A stretch of 64,000 nucleotides of DNA from Camelus ferus (Eukaryota), in NCBI RefSeq assembly GCF_009834535.1, contig NC_045697.1, positions 9,426,001 to 9,490,000 on the forward strand, given 5' to 3'. The notes under the pieces were generated by a model. It saw only the letters and a program-made list of their open reading frames with translations. It ran no database searches and was not told the origin of the DNA. A program made the translations under genes and the position numbers. Every line of letters starts with the position of its first letter. Positions within the stretch are counted from its first letter, which is position 1. Below, one piece after another: positions 24,660 to 38,258 of the stretch.

Positions 24660-26740
24660 TAAGGGCACATCTTCAACAATAGTAAACTAACAAATCATAG
24701 AGAAAATAAATGGGACTAAAGTTGTTCTACTGGAAATACTAATACATGATTAAATTCTGGCTAGACTATCCAGACTAATGAAGGGCAAATAGAAGCAACC
24801 AATTATCAACATCAGAAATGAAAGGGAAATCACTATAGTTCCTTCAAAATTAAAATGATAATAAAGAAATATAATGAAGAAAATGATAGTATTTAATCAA
24901 ACATTAATGAATTAATAAGTTCTTTGAAAAACACAAATTCCCATAACTGATTTGAGAAATAGAAAATCTAAATATCCCTATTACTATTAAAACATTGAAT
25001 TCATAATATTAAAATTTCTCATAAAGGGCACCTTCATTCCAGATAGCTTCACAGGTGAATTCTATATAAACCTTTCAGAAAATAGAATACAAAAGAATAT
25101 GTTCCAACTCAGTTTAGGATGCCATCATTAACTTGGTATCAATATCTGGAAAACCAAAATGACAAAGAAAACTACAGTCCTGTACTCCTCATTAACATAG
25201 ACTCAAACTTCTGGGCAGGCACCCAAGGGAGCTAAAATCAGGACCTCAAAGAAAGATCTGCACTCCTATGTTCACTGCAGCATCATTCATAACAGCCAAA
25301 CTATGGAAACAAGCTAAATGTTCATTGACAGGTGAGTGAATATAGAAAGTGTGGTATAGATATATAACGGAATATTACTCAATCTTAGAAAAGAAAGAAG
25401 TTCTGCTAGTTGTGACTACATGGACGAACCCAAAGGACATTGTATGTATTGAGTGAAATAAGCCAGACAGAGAAAGACAATCTCTGCATGACCTTAACTT
25501 TACGTGGAATCTAAAATATTCATAGAAGCAGGGAGTAGAATGATGATTGTTAGGGACTAGGGGGAGGGGAAAATGGAGCTATGTTGGTCAAAGGATGCAA
25601 AGTTTCAGTTATGAGAGTTGAATGAGTTCTGGAGATCTAATGAATAGCATGTAGCTATAGTTATGCTATAGTTATGCTTGAAATTTGCTAAGATGGTAGA
25701 GCTTAAATATCCTTATCACAAACAAAAAGAAAAAGAAAAAGAAAAGAAAAAACTATGTGAGGTGATGGGTATCTTAATTAGCTTGACTGTGGTAATCATT
25801 TCACAATGCATATGTGTATATCAAGCATCAAGCTGTATATCTTAAATATATACATAATTTTTATTTCTCAATAATACTTCAATAAAGCCATTACAAAACA
25901 TATATAGCAAAAATATTAAGAAATAAATCCAGCAATATATAAAAACATAATAACGTATGATCAAGTTTGGTTTATCCTGTGAATTCAAGGTTGATTTAAT
26001 CTTTCAAAAATCACTTTAATTCACAATATTAACTTAAAGGGGAAAATCAATATGATCATCTAAATTGATGCAGAAAAAGTTGGATAAAATTCCACACCCT
26101 ACATGATTAAAGAGAAAAAAATCAGCTAATTAGGAATAGAAAGGAACTTCCTCAATCTGATAATGCCATTTACCAGAAAATCTCTAGTAAACATATGTAA
26201 CATTGAAATACTGAATTCTTTCCCCACTGAGGTCAATAGCAAGGCAGTATGACCACTCTCATCATTTTACTTCAATTTTATATTGGAGAAAAGTAAAAGC
26301 CACACAAATAATGACTAAACAGTCATTATTTGCAGAAGACAAACCGTATATGTAGAAAATCTAAAGGAATCTGCAAAAGTTACTAGCAATGGTAACTGAT
26401 TTTAGTAATGTCACTTAACATAATTAATAATGTTTTGACTAACAGAAATGATTAATTTGGGCTTATATACTACAATTGAAAATTAGAATGAAACTCAGAA
26501 TTTAAAATAAAAATGTGTATTATTTAATACAGCATACAAAAATATGAAACTAACAAAATATTTGTAAGTCCATGTACAGAAGACAGAATTCCTAAAAAAT
26601 GGACAGAAGTAGAAATTCCGGAAATAACATATATATGTTTTTGAAAAAAAATACCAAACCGACATACCAAGAAGAAACGGGAGTCTTTTCAATATATGGT
26701 GCTAGAACAACTAAATATCTATATGTAGCAGGGGAAAATA
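24660..26740 (+). mobile_element. Old L1 ORF2 fragment (RT region), interrupted by a younger L1 3' end
   Basis: ccagatagcttcacaggtgaattcta, atatgatcatctaaattgatgcagaaaaag, aggaatagaaaggaacttcctcaatctgata, gtcattatttgcagaagac. Confidence 0.85.
25209..25890 (+). mobile_element. Nested L1 3' end (L1MA9-like)
   Basis: cttctgggc...atctgcactcctatgttcactgcagc...gagttctggagatctaatg...gcttgactgtggtaatcatttcacaatg...caataaagc; host ORF2 resumes afterwards. Confidence 0.85.
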
Positions 26741-27581
26741 CACCTGAGATATAAACCAACCTCAGTCAATACTAGTTATTTCCCTCATTTTTTCTGCCAT
26801 ATACAATTGGTAGGATACTGTCAGTTTAAATGACACGCCTAACATACATTGTAGCAGGCAGGATGTTGTTAAGCAGAAATTTCTCAAATTATAATTGTGG
26901 GTCAGTGAGGAAATCAAGATGGTTGTTTATGATATGAATACTGGAAATGTCATTGTAATGCTGATTTTTTAATTTATAAAGGAAAAATTTTGATCTAGTT
27001 TTAACTCAGAATGCAAGCAAGAAAAATGTCTTTGTATCAAAATTATTTTAAAGTGTTCCTCTCTCTATTGGTGTGAACGGAGAGTGCTGAGAGGATCAGA
27101 GGGAAGATATTCATGGAAGAGGGTATGAAGGTTGTGGGGTGGGCGGTGGGGATCTTTGGACCATAAGGATGGCTTGTGGAAACACAGAGTCATTTTGACT
27201 TGGCAGAAAAACAAACAAACAACATACTACAGTACATGTTGAAATAAGACAAAGTCTTCCCCTGAAATACTCAGATCTTAAGGATTTATGTTGAGCAAAT
27301 GCATAAGGCATAAATTAAATTTTTATTTGGTAAGTTATGTATGTGAGTGCATGTATAGGTGGGGTGTGCCAGACCCTTAGAGGTAAAAAAGGCAGCATGA
27401 AACACTCTGAGGGTCAATCTAAAAAGTAAAACATAAAAACGGTTTTGTTCATCACTGTTATGACATCTAATGCGTGTCTTTTTCAAACTCCTTTCAGTAT
27501 GAGTGATGTGTAAATAAGACTGCATCTGTGAGCCTCAGTTTCCTCATTAGAATGAGAAATCCGTTGGATTAAAGGATCTTT

Positions 27582-27655
27582 TGAATAATGTATTGAAGTA
27601 TAGTTGATTTACAATATTGTATTAGCTTCAGGTGTACAGAAAAGTGATTCATGTG
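27582..27655 (-). mobile_element. Very short L1 3' terminal insertion inside a MIR
   Basis: tattgaagtatagttgatttacaatattgtattagcttcaggtgtacag...gtgattca; TSD aaggatcttt (27572-27581) / aagggtcttt (27656-27665). Confidence 0.8.
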
Positions 27656-30454
27656 AAGGGTCTTTCCTAGTTCATTCCAGCTTTAACAGTCACTGTGATT
27701 TCCCCCTTTCCCTCTGAAAGAGTTGACTGTCTTTTTGTGGAACCTCAACTCAATCTCTAATGTGCCCTTGCCAGAGAAATGCTATATCAGCCCCTTTTCA
27801 TTTAAAAAAAAATTGTTAGCTTAGTATGGAAAAATGTTTACAGTCTGTGGGGTGATGATCAGGAGAGAGGAAATTTTATAACCTCCCTTACAGAGCTTTT
27901 AATGGTTTCCATAGCCACCTATTTAAAATACCCTTTAAAAAGACATCTGCCAGATGTTTCCCATGATTCCAGCTCTCCTAAGTGAAGAGTGAAGCTACGT
28001 GAGCCAGATGCCAACCTCACCTAATTTGTTGAGACATAAATCGATCCCAATAAGGATATTCGGTAAAGGAGGAAAGAGTGTTTTTATAGACTGTAGAGAA
28101 GTAATAGTTGAGGAAATAACTTGAAATGGACTGAGGATTATTGGTGGTCCTTGGTCCTTGGAAGTGAAATATGAGTTCCTTGAAACCTCTCTTTGGTCTT
28201 TAGTCTTCTTTAAAGTGCTCTATGATTCACTGGAAATCCCACTACTTTTTTATCATGACTATTAATAATACTGCTTTGGTTGGTTTTCAGGCTTTTAGAT
28301 GTGTATATAAATGTCTGTTACTGCTGTTCATATGGGAATACTGAAGATCTCAAATACTTTTGAAGCTGGTTCATCACTGGCCAATCATGACACCTGTTCA
28401 TCCAAAGGCACCTCTGTTGCTTTATGAATCTGTATGTGTTTTTGTGTATCAATGAACCATCCTGGGAATGAAATTCTCTGGTTACAGTAGATAACCCGGC
28501 AGGTAGTAGCTTACTTCAGACCATATCAAAAGGTCCCCCACTTTCTTTTCAGTTTCTCCTTACACTTTCTTGGTTTCTTCTACCCTTAAATCTACTCAGA
28601 TCTTTCCCTTTTTGGAAGGTGTGGCAATAATATTTCGCTAATAGAGTGAATCTTCAGGATTTTATTCTCAAGGAAAATTGCAATTCTATTTGTGTGTGTG
28701 TTGTAAAATCAGGTTAACAGACTATTTGTTATTAACTTCAATGGGCAAAGAAATCACAGAAGGGCATCTTAAAGAGGAAAGTAGTATGGAAAGGATAATC
28801 TCCTCCCTCTGTTTCAATGATGGCCTTGGGACTAAATGTGTGGATACAAGCCATGAACTCACAAGTAGAGACTCAAAACAGTTAAGGGTGGTCCAGTAAA
28901 AGAGGTCACCGTACCAACTAAGCTGCAGGCAAACATCAAACACAGTTTAGGAATCAAAGTCAGAGGCAAGAATTGAAGCCAAATCAATTTCTAGGTGTCA
29001 GGGCATAAGGCACAATGAATCCAGTGCAGAAGATATGAGGTGGAGTCAAGATTCAAATCTGGCAAAAAAAAAAAAAGGAAGAATCAGGCTTGGAATAGTC
29101 AGTCAGCCTATCTAACCACCAATGAAACATGGCCTAACTTAATTCAGGAGAAGAGCTCGTGTTGGCAGGGGATTTCCTTAGAAGACCAGGCACCCAGATT
29201 CTTGGAGAAGCAGCATACCATCTCCCGAATGTGCTTCCTGATGAGGTCCCTTATAATGCTTGCTTTTGAGGTCCTTATCTTCCCCTCAGGAGGGTGTTTC
29301 CCTTACCCATGACTCAGCTGCCCACAGCTTGTCTTAAATAGCCATTTTGCAAAAGTGAGCAGACACCACTGCCTAGATGCTGCTTTACTTACTGATAGAA
29401 TTGCATTCATATCTGCAAATGGTCCAACACTTCACATGTCAGCATGTTTTGAGGGTGTCTCTAACCCAAAGATTTTTTTAATAGGTATAAAAGCAAACAA
29501 ACAAAAACCTATGCCACACAGAAATGGTTATGGATACACACAATTTCTATATATAGAAGACAAAATATTGCCATCTTCACTCTTACCCGAAGAATTTCTG
29601 GTAATACAGAAATTACCTTCACATTCCTCACAAGTGCTTCAACATGCTTTTAATAGATGCTTGAGATCCTCTTCTATCTCTGTGCTTCATCTTTACAGGA
29701 TATATTCAAAAAAATTTCCTTAGACTAGACTCTTGGGTTCCTCATCCCTCACACTAAAGTGAGACAGGATGTCTTCTCTCTCTAGGAATTACAGAGATTT
29801 TAGTGAGATTGGTCTTTTGTTTTTACCACCTTTTCTTCCCAGATCTAAAATCTCTAGAATGTGATTTTGGAGAACAGAAAGTGGATGGGGGATGGATAAG
29901 AATCCAGGACTCCCATCCCTTTTTGTTCATTCACCTCCTCTCTGTAGACCCTATCTTTGTATTTCAGCTCTCTAACCCCTTAGGATAAATTCTTTCTGTG
30001 GAGTTCTCAAACGTCTCCACCATACAGATTCCTATCACCAGCCCTCCATCAAGCCCAGAGATGCCTGAATCGTGGAATAAATGGATTTTTATCACAAGGC
30101 ACTACTGAACACTATGGCACATAGAGAATATGGTGTTCTCAGGTGTTGAGGCCGATGCTTGGATCTGGACACACCTTAAGACTTCAAAGGCTGAAGCACC
30201 AAGAGTTTTGCTTTCAAAATGCACTTACAGTCTTTAAATTGCAACCTCTCTATGTGTAAAATGAGAAGCAACTGACTCTCTTGAGACCATCTGGAACACA
30301 GGTGTTTTTCCTAAGCCCTGCTTCCCTATCCATAAACCAGGGAGGCCTTTAAAAGCTCCCTCAATTCTGTCATGACATTTTGCATGAAAACCATCAAGAA
30401 ACATTATCACCTTGTATATTCTTAGTTCTCATCTTTCTTTTGTTGAATTTTCAG

Positions 30455-30455
<1 letters not shown>

Positions 30456-30503
<48 letters not shown>
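30456..30503. repeat. (TATC)12 microsatellite with degenerate extension to ~30544
   Basis: Directly visible. Confidence 0.97.
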
Positions 30504-30599
30504 ATCTGTCTGTCTATATATCTATGTATCTACTTATCATCTATTTAGGGTGGGGAACCCAAACACGAATGCCAGAACTCATAATGAAGCCTGAGACAA

Positions 30600-30810
30600 A
30601 CTGTGCCACCAGGTATTGAGTTCCTGTAATGCGCATGTGTTGTTTGATTCTCATGACTATCTGAGATAAATACTACCATTCTCATTTTGTCATAAGGAAA
30701 CAGAAGCTCAGAAAGGTTAAACAACTTGTCTAAGATCACACAGCTCTAAAGAGGCAGGGACCAATCTTGAACTCAGGTTTGTCTCCAAAGCTAACCCTCT
30801 TTCCATTACT
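30600..30810 (-). mobile_element. MIR SINE
   Basis: cattttgtcataaggaaacagaagctcagaaaggttaaacaacttgtctaagatcacacagct is the reverse-strand MIR core. Confidence 0.75.
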
Positions 30811-31461
30811 CACTCTGCCACTCTTCTCTTTGAGCCTCCCTTTTTTCCCCCCTTTCTTGGTGCCAATAATGCTATCTCATGGGACAGCTGTGTAGATTCA
30901 TTACAAAATATAAATGTGCCTGACACAATGCCTTGGGTGCACTGGGGGCCTAAAATATTACTTTTAATTGAATCCATCCCTTTGTTTTTGAATTTCTCAT
31001 TCCTTTTTAGCAGAAACCACTCCATCAGGTTCTGCAGGTGTCTAGTCCACTAGGAGTGCTTAGTACACCATGAGACAAGATAAAAGATTTCTTCTCTCCT
31101 GAGCACTCATGGGGACAAGAAGTTAAACAAGAAGGTAGGGTTCCAAATGAAGGACTAAGGAGAAGAAAAGTTTGGAATGAGACTGGAAAATACAAGCAAA
31201 AATGGAAGGAAAATGAAGACAACAAAATATTACAGAGGCCAAGGAAGAAAAGAATTTCAAGATGTGAAATCATGTCAAAGTAATACGTCATAGGTAATTA
31301 TAACAGCTAACCTTATACAAGTTTTTATGTGCCAGTACTGCTCTGTGTTACATATGTTATCATAACTTTGTTCACAACAATGCTCCAGGATGGATACTAT
31401 TGTCATTTCCATTTTATAGAACAGGGAGCTAAGATATAGAAAGACTGCTACCCAAAGTCAC

Positions 31462-31997
31462 TGTATTAGATTTCTGTACTGCATAATAATATTACTACAA
31501 TTCAGCAGCTCAAACAAAACGCATATTTATTATCGCATAGTTTTTGTGGGTCAGGAGTCCAGCCACAGATTAGTTGATCCCTTTGCTGAAAGTCTCACAA
31601 GGCTGCAATCAAGGCTTTGCTGAGTTGTGTTCTCATTTGGAAGCTTACATGGGGAAGACACTGTTCTCAAGTTCACTCAGTTCTTTGCTGGCTCTTGGCT
31701 GGAGTTTTCATGTAATTCCTAGAGGCTACCTGCAGTTCCCTGCCATGTGAGTTTCCTCAGCATGACCACTTGCTTCATCGAACCTGCAAAAAGAATCTTT
31801 AGGATAAGTCTTCTAGCAAGACAGAGTCTTATAAAAAATAATGTAATCATGGGTATGACAATCCATAACTTTTGCCTTCTTCCGTTGATTAGAAGCAAGT
31901 CACAGTTTCCAACAGCACCCAAGGGAAGGAGATTGTACAAATGTGTGGACACCAGAAGGCAGGGATCACTGGGGTCATTTAGGGTCTGTCCAGCACA
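31462..31997 (-). mobile_element. MaLR solo LTR, MLT1F-like, inserted in a MIR
   Basis: tgtattagatttc start, gtgggtcaggagtcc, tctcacaaggctgcaatcaagg, ttagaagcaagtcacag, agggatcactggggtcatttagggtctgtccagcaca end. Confidence 0.85.
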
Positions 31998-33546
31998 ATT
32001 ACTCAGGTATTTTGTGTCAGACAGGCCACTTGGTTTCAAGGACTCCTCTTAAGCACTTTGCCATTGAAATTGGCAACATGGATATCGACAGAGATTCCAG
32101 AGAGAGTGGTTTTACAGGAGTGATGAGTAAAAACCTAATTGCTAGGCAACAGGCATGTTTCACTCTTATGTTCTTGCTTCTTTTTTTTTCCCCTCATTGT
32201 TTTGTTTTACTTTTTTCCCACTTCATTTATCTTCCTTCTCCCTTTTCTTTTTCTTCCTCTTCCTTCCCCTCCTCCCTTTCCTTCTCCTCTGTCTTAAGCA
32301 ATCATTTGCTGTGACTGTAAATCGCACATCTTATGTATTAAAAAGGTTCATTTGCACTGGGTACTAAGCCAGGTGCTTAGGATACTGTTGTGAATTAGAA
32401 GTATTTTTACTGCCTCATTAGAGCTTACCTTCTTCCCAAGACTCTGAGACAGACTTTCTGCTTTGAAAGTTGTTCAGATTGACCCTCAGCAAAGTTGTGA
32501 AGTGAGCACTATTCATCCTCCTTATCACTTTCTATTCTGAGTCCTTCTTGGGAGAAAGGAGAATATAACTGGAAATCCACAGTGACTGTGAAGTCAAGCT
32601 GACCTAGGTTTGAAACTGACCGGTAACCAGAGTACATTTGTAAATCTTGCTGATGAAAATCTTAGCTTTTCAGAGAGTGCAGAGAATTCAAACAGGCAGT
32701 GCATTGACTGAAAGATCTGCCAGTCCCTAGTAATATGTTCTAATTCATAAAATGATGGCCTCTGCCCTGTGCGAAATACTTACAGAATGATCTCCAGAAG
32801 TAAAATATTTAATTATTTCACTCATGTATTTTCACCAAAAATTAACACACAGAAGAAAAACAAACTGATAAGCAGATGAATTTGATTTTCTATTTCTCTG
32901 TTTAGTTCTTAGGGGGTCATCTTATAGATAGAATCAAAAAAGGCCAATAAAAATCTATCACATTTGTTAAATTACTGTCTGAACAAAGGAATGAATAAAT
33001 GAGTAAATAAATGAATGACTAAAATAATACAATGAATCAGTGAAAGAAGAATGACTGACTGCTAAATAAGCAAATGAATCCATTAACTACTTACCTGCTA
33101 AGAAGAAGCAAGTGTTGGTCAAATGTAATTAACTCATTTTTGAAAAGGCATATATTCCTTTTCTAGTTTCCCACCCTGCTGTCTTCTTAAACTATCCATG
33201 GCCAAGTGAAGAAGCAGTTGTAGGAATCTTACTGAAACAACAGTGATGAGAATCCTGGTGTTGTTAGGGCTCAGAAATTTCCCTGGTCTGGCAGAGGGGA
33301 TTTGAGCCAAAGAAGAAACTCCCTGGGTTTCAGACAGTCTACAGCTAAGACAGTATTTACTAAAGGAAAATGGAAGCTTGGTCCAAAGCCAGATGTTTAC
33401 CAACTAGACAGCCAGGGAAGGGGCAAGGGTGCTAGCTATTAATGGGTGAGAGCCAAAAGCACAGCTTGTAAGTAAGGGCTACCACTTGTTCGGTTCTTAC
33501 TATGAGCCAGAGATTCTACCTTCTCCAAACCCAGGAACATGCCATG

Positions 33547-33861
33547 CAGGGACAGTCCCTCCCATGAAGCTCTTGGGGCCTGCAGGATTTTGACATTCAG
33601 AATTTCACGGCTGTACAAAGATAGCACAATATGTATGTCATATACATATAACATCTCCAGCATAATCACATTAGTATTTCTGCATCTAACATTGTGACCA
33701 TTGAGACTAACTATGATAAGCGATGACTCAAATAACTGCATGTCAATTCAGGAAGGTTTTTGCTGCCCAAAAGAGCTTTTGCTTCAAACTTATGAAAAAA
33801 AAAATTTTCAGATATCAGGGCTTTTCAGATTACAGAATTGCGGAAAATGACCGTGGACTTA
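33547..33861 (-). mobile_element. MER46C-like TcMar-Tigger relic
   Basis: Reverse complement gtccacggtcattttccgcaattctgtaatctgaaaagcc...cataagtttg...gcagaaatactaatgtg...aaattctgaatg...ggccccaag matches the recalled consensus; degenerate TIRs at both ends. Confidence 0.7.
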
Positions 33862-36029
33862 AATTTCCTTGGTGTTTTGTAAATGAAGAAACTTGAGACC
33901 CAGAGAAGTGTCATGATTCACCAACATGCACAAGCTAGGAAACATGGCCGCTGGGATTTGAAAATAAACCTAACACTTATGCCCCCAGAGGGTCTGGGAG
34001 CCAGAGGAGGGAGAAGTTCAGACCTTGCTGTTCTGGTGCTTGTTGAACCTTCTTTTCTGTTTAGTATATATGGGACTGTGGACACAGGGCTTCTCAATGA
34101 CCCAGGCTTTGCACAGCTTTTGAGGATTCCAGGATGTTAAAAGATGAAGAAATGTTAAGACCAGATTATGAAAACTATACATGGAAACACACAAATACAC
34201 ACAGGCTGGTTAGGAACAATCCCAGCCCTGCCCTTGAGTAGCTCAGTTATTTCAGAAAGAGTGAAAAAGGTCATCAGATATTTTCTCATCTATGACTTGA
34301 AAAGAAATGAGTTTTATCTGCAAGTGTTGCAGGAGAATCAAAGGAAATACTATCTGTGATAGTACTCTTTAAAATTAAATCACTATTTATCTATAGGTAT
34401 TCTTAAAAAATAATAGTGCCAGGCATTATCTGCTTTAAAAGAATTATTTAACCCTCACAATAGCCCTATGAGATGGGTTCTAGTATTTGCTCCATTTTAT
34501 GGGAGAGGAAACCAAAATATTGCTGTTATTGGATTACACTGACTAGCTTGTCTATTTACTGTGAAAAGTCTTCCTACTCTTAGAGTACGGTCTTGGATAT
34601 TGGATGAGAAGAACAAAGCTAATACCGTAGTACACACTGGTTGGTATTCTCCTGAATTTTGGTGGTGTGTCCTGCATGTATATAGGTGAACAGGGATGGA
34701 TCAGCAGGCATTTTGCTCTGACTTGATTCAGTTCATCTAATCCAACTTGCTGAACTAAATAGGTGGTTGAACATATGAAAAGTATGGATGGATGGTAGGA
34801 TAATGGATAGATTCATCCCAACACTTGACTTTTAAGATGAACTCACTTGAGTCCATATGATATACATGCAATAGCCGTGAAAGAGAAACCAAAGCACTCA
34901 TGAGTATTTGAAGACACCCACCAGTGTCTGGATACATTTCCTGTGGGACCTCATCATCATCATGCTGTATTGTTTCCTTTGGAATGAGTGTTTAATTTAC
35001 TCTCTGGGTTTTGGACTTGGCTCTCCTTGCTTAGGCTATCTTGAAACATTCACATTCCTAGTTTAGAACTTTGCAGCCAAGCCCTAATCTTAGAGCCAGT
35101 GCCTTAGCCTGTTTAACCAGGAAAAGGGGAATTCACACTAAATGAATGGAGAAGAGGGTGGGCCTCCTGAATTATTAGGTTAGTGACGAGTATTGGACCC
35201 AGAAATGTATTCCTTGTTCCTCAACACTACTGTATTTTTGTTTCAACTTTCTATAGCTTGCCTTGGCAGAGCGAATTTTTAACAGATTAACTCTAACTGA
35301 CTGTCTTGTTTATTTTAAGGCATTGCCACATCCATGCCCGGAGCAATAATTATATAATGTTTCACTAGGGTAACTGGCAGTTCAGCAATTAATGACACAA
35401 GCAGCAGGTCATGAGATTTTCCACTCTCTATAGGGTTGCCTGTTTGTATAACTTTGACCTTGGAAGCTTTTTATGAGATACGAGATTTCATACCTCATTG
35501 TGTCCCTGCCCTCAAGGTTAACTAATACGCTTTTTTTCCCCTCAGCTATAGCAGACTCTGTTCTATTTTATTTGGATTCAAAATATCTTTTCTTTAAGGG
35601 TCGTTTTGTTTTTACACACCCATCATCTGGACCTTTTGTTCTTTTCAGCTTTTTTTTGTTTGTTTTTTTTTAAGGAATATCCAGATTGTCTCCAGTTCTA
35701 TAATGGAGCCAACTACTTAAGAGTGGGAACTGAATCATAGATTAAGGGAAGGCCACAGATTCTAGGAAGATTGAAGTACCAAGCATGACTCTGCAGTCCC
35801 TCCAGATTCCAAGATCAAATGAATTTACCTGCTTTATATGTCTTATACCTCCAAGTAAGATTTAATCTAACAGAGAGAAAATATGGTGTCATTGAAAGTT
35901 TCTCAACTTTTACATGAAAAAATAGAAACTTGTGGGATAACTCTCAATTTATTCATTTTAATGTCTTCTTTTCTTCCTTCTTTCCTTCCTTCCTTCTTTC
36001 TTTCCTTTCCTTTTTTTTTTATCTTTTTA

Positions 36030-36610
36030 TTTCCCTTTCTTCCTTTGAACATATATTTATATTGTATGCCTACTATGTTCTAGACCCTGTGTTTGCATAA
36101 AGAAGAAATCCACACAGTCCCCATCATGGACTCTATCAAGTTAGAGTATGAGATGTTAATAGCCCTGTACTGGGATTCCAACCTATCCAGAAATAGTGAG
36201 TAAGATCTGAAAAATAAGTACAATGAGTGCAGTAGAGTTGAGAGGAAGAGGGCTCCAGGCAGAGGGGTCCAAACAGAAATCCTGCAGAGAGAATGGAAGA
36301 ACAGCTTGTGTGGCTGTGCTCCTGAGGCTGAGGCAATATAATGAAAGATGGATCCTGAGAGTTGGGCCACGGCCAGGCAAGGAAGTATATTTGCCATACT
36401 AAAGATGGGAAAAGGTATGTCTGAATGGCCTGTTTGGTATTTTGAAAATAGTGTTTTGGCTACAGAGTAAAGTGCAGGTTGGAGAAAAGCACAAGCAGAT
36501 GTGAGTGGACCAGTTACCAGGCCAAAGGAAAGATTATGGTAGCTTCTACTTGAATAAGGTGATGAGGATAGAGAGAAAGAGACCTACTCAAGACAAAATT
36601 AGAAGGAAAA
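36030..36610 (-). mobile_element. L2 LINE fragment
   Basis: aacatatatttatattgtatgcctactatgttctagaccctgtg, ctccaggcagaggggtcc, gatgaggatagagagaaaga. Confidence 0.65.
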
Positions 36611-37344
36611 TTCCTTCTCTACAGTCCTCCCCTAGGCTAACTTCTGTTCTTTTGGAAGGCCTCTTCCATTTGTTGAGATGAACAGTGTATTTTTACATTC
36701 GTACCATCTTGCCCAACTTCATCACTGGGTTGGGCTTTATAAAGTTTTCCATTTTATGTGTTTATCTTTAAGAAGGAGACAAGTGAACAGTGGCAAGTAA
36801 AGCCATGACAACTGGCCTTTACGTGTCACGCAGTGTGGTGTGAATGCATTCCATCAATATTGAAGAAATTATTCTTGAGGAGCACCTAACGTTAGGGCCT
36901 GGGAAGTTCAGAAATGAATAAGCCACTATCCTTATCTGTCCTTGAGGAATTCCCAGATTAGTGGAGAAGGACAAGTAAATGTAACAACAATTTAAATTTG
37001 TAGACTGTGATGAACAATGATCAAAACTATGTACCAGATTCAGAAAAGGTCTCAGAGAGAAATTGGGTAATTCTGATGCTAAGGAAGAAGAGCAGTGAGG
37101 TCACAGGTAACACTTAAAGACAGCAGCAGTTTCCTAGTAAATCTAAACACATCATTATGAGGCAGTGAGTGGGTGAGCTGAACATGACAGGGAAATTAAA
37201 GCCGTTCTGAAATTTTCTGCAGGCACATGGCTTTGAGTGTGCCATCATCCCTCTCTTCTTATAGAGGAAATTATTCCTCAATTATCCTAAAAGCATGCTT
37301 TTAGAAATATGTAATCATTTAAGATCTTTTTTTTTTTTAAATTA

Positions 37345-37732
37345 TCAGGTTTGGATGCTCCTGGTGTTTGTACCAGGATTGAAGAAAGGAAAGATTAGGA
37401 TGTGATACAGTAACAGATGCTTCTGCCAATCCCATGGGAGGTGGGAGGCCTGGGGGAAGGGGCTTGAAATTGGAATAACTCTACATAATTTTGCTGTATT
37501 TGCTAAAGGGGGCAAGGGCCTTTATAACCTGGTATTGGACCAGCCATTGTGCTCATTGATGTGCCTGGGAAGAGGCTATGATCTTATGTGACGTGGATTT
37601 CTTCATCCAAGAGCCACCTATTGAGGGAGACTCAAAGGCAATCTATGAGCTGTCAACACTTCGCATTGGGAGAATGGTGTTTCAGTCTCGGAAGGGGGCG
37701 GGGGTCTGGTAGCTGTACACATCCTTCATCTC
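37345..37732 (-). mobile_element. ERVL solo LTR, LTR16A/C-like
   Basis: gccaatcccatgggag, gggcctttataacc...gaccagccattg, ttcttcatccaagagc, gagctgtcaacact, gaagggggcgggggtctgg. Confidence 0.65.
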
Positions 37733-37954
37733 AGTTCTTTGCCTATTACAAAAAAAAAAAAAACTGTGATGGGAATCCAGATATGTACTTTATCCCCTGA
37801 TGATACATCAAATGATCTTGTAAAAGTTCCACCTTGGAATGCAATGCCCCAGGGCCAAGTGCCAACTAGAACAGCCTTGCAGCTATGGTTATGGCCCCTT
37901 CTCTTAATATTTGATTGCAGAAGCCAAAAGAGGTTTTCCCCAAACATCTCCTGG

Positions 37955-38162
37955 CTCTTTTAGTCTGTAGTCACAACTGGAAACAATGACTCATTAACAA
38001 TCTGAAGCAAAGCGCAGTGAGAGAGCAGAATGAGGTGTGGCCCAGGGGAGGAGCTTAGCTCCATGAAATCATTCAAGGACCCAGATTCCTTCCATCTTGT
38101 GGCTCCATCCTCTTCAAGATCCTCAGAGCTTTTCTTTCTTTTTCTTTCTTTCTTCCTTCCGT

Positions 38163-38258
<96 letters not shown>

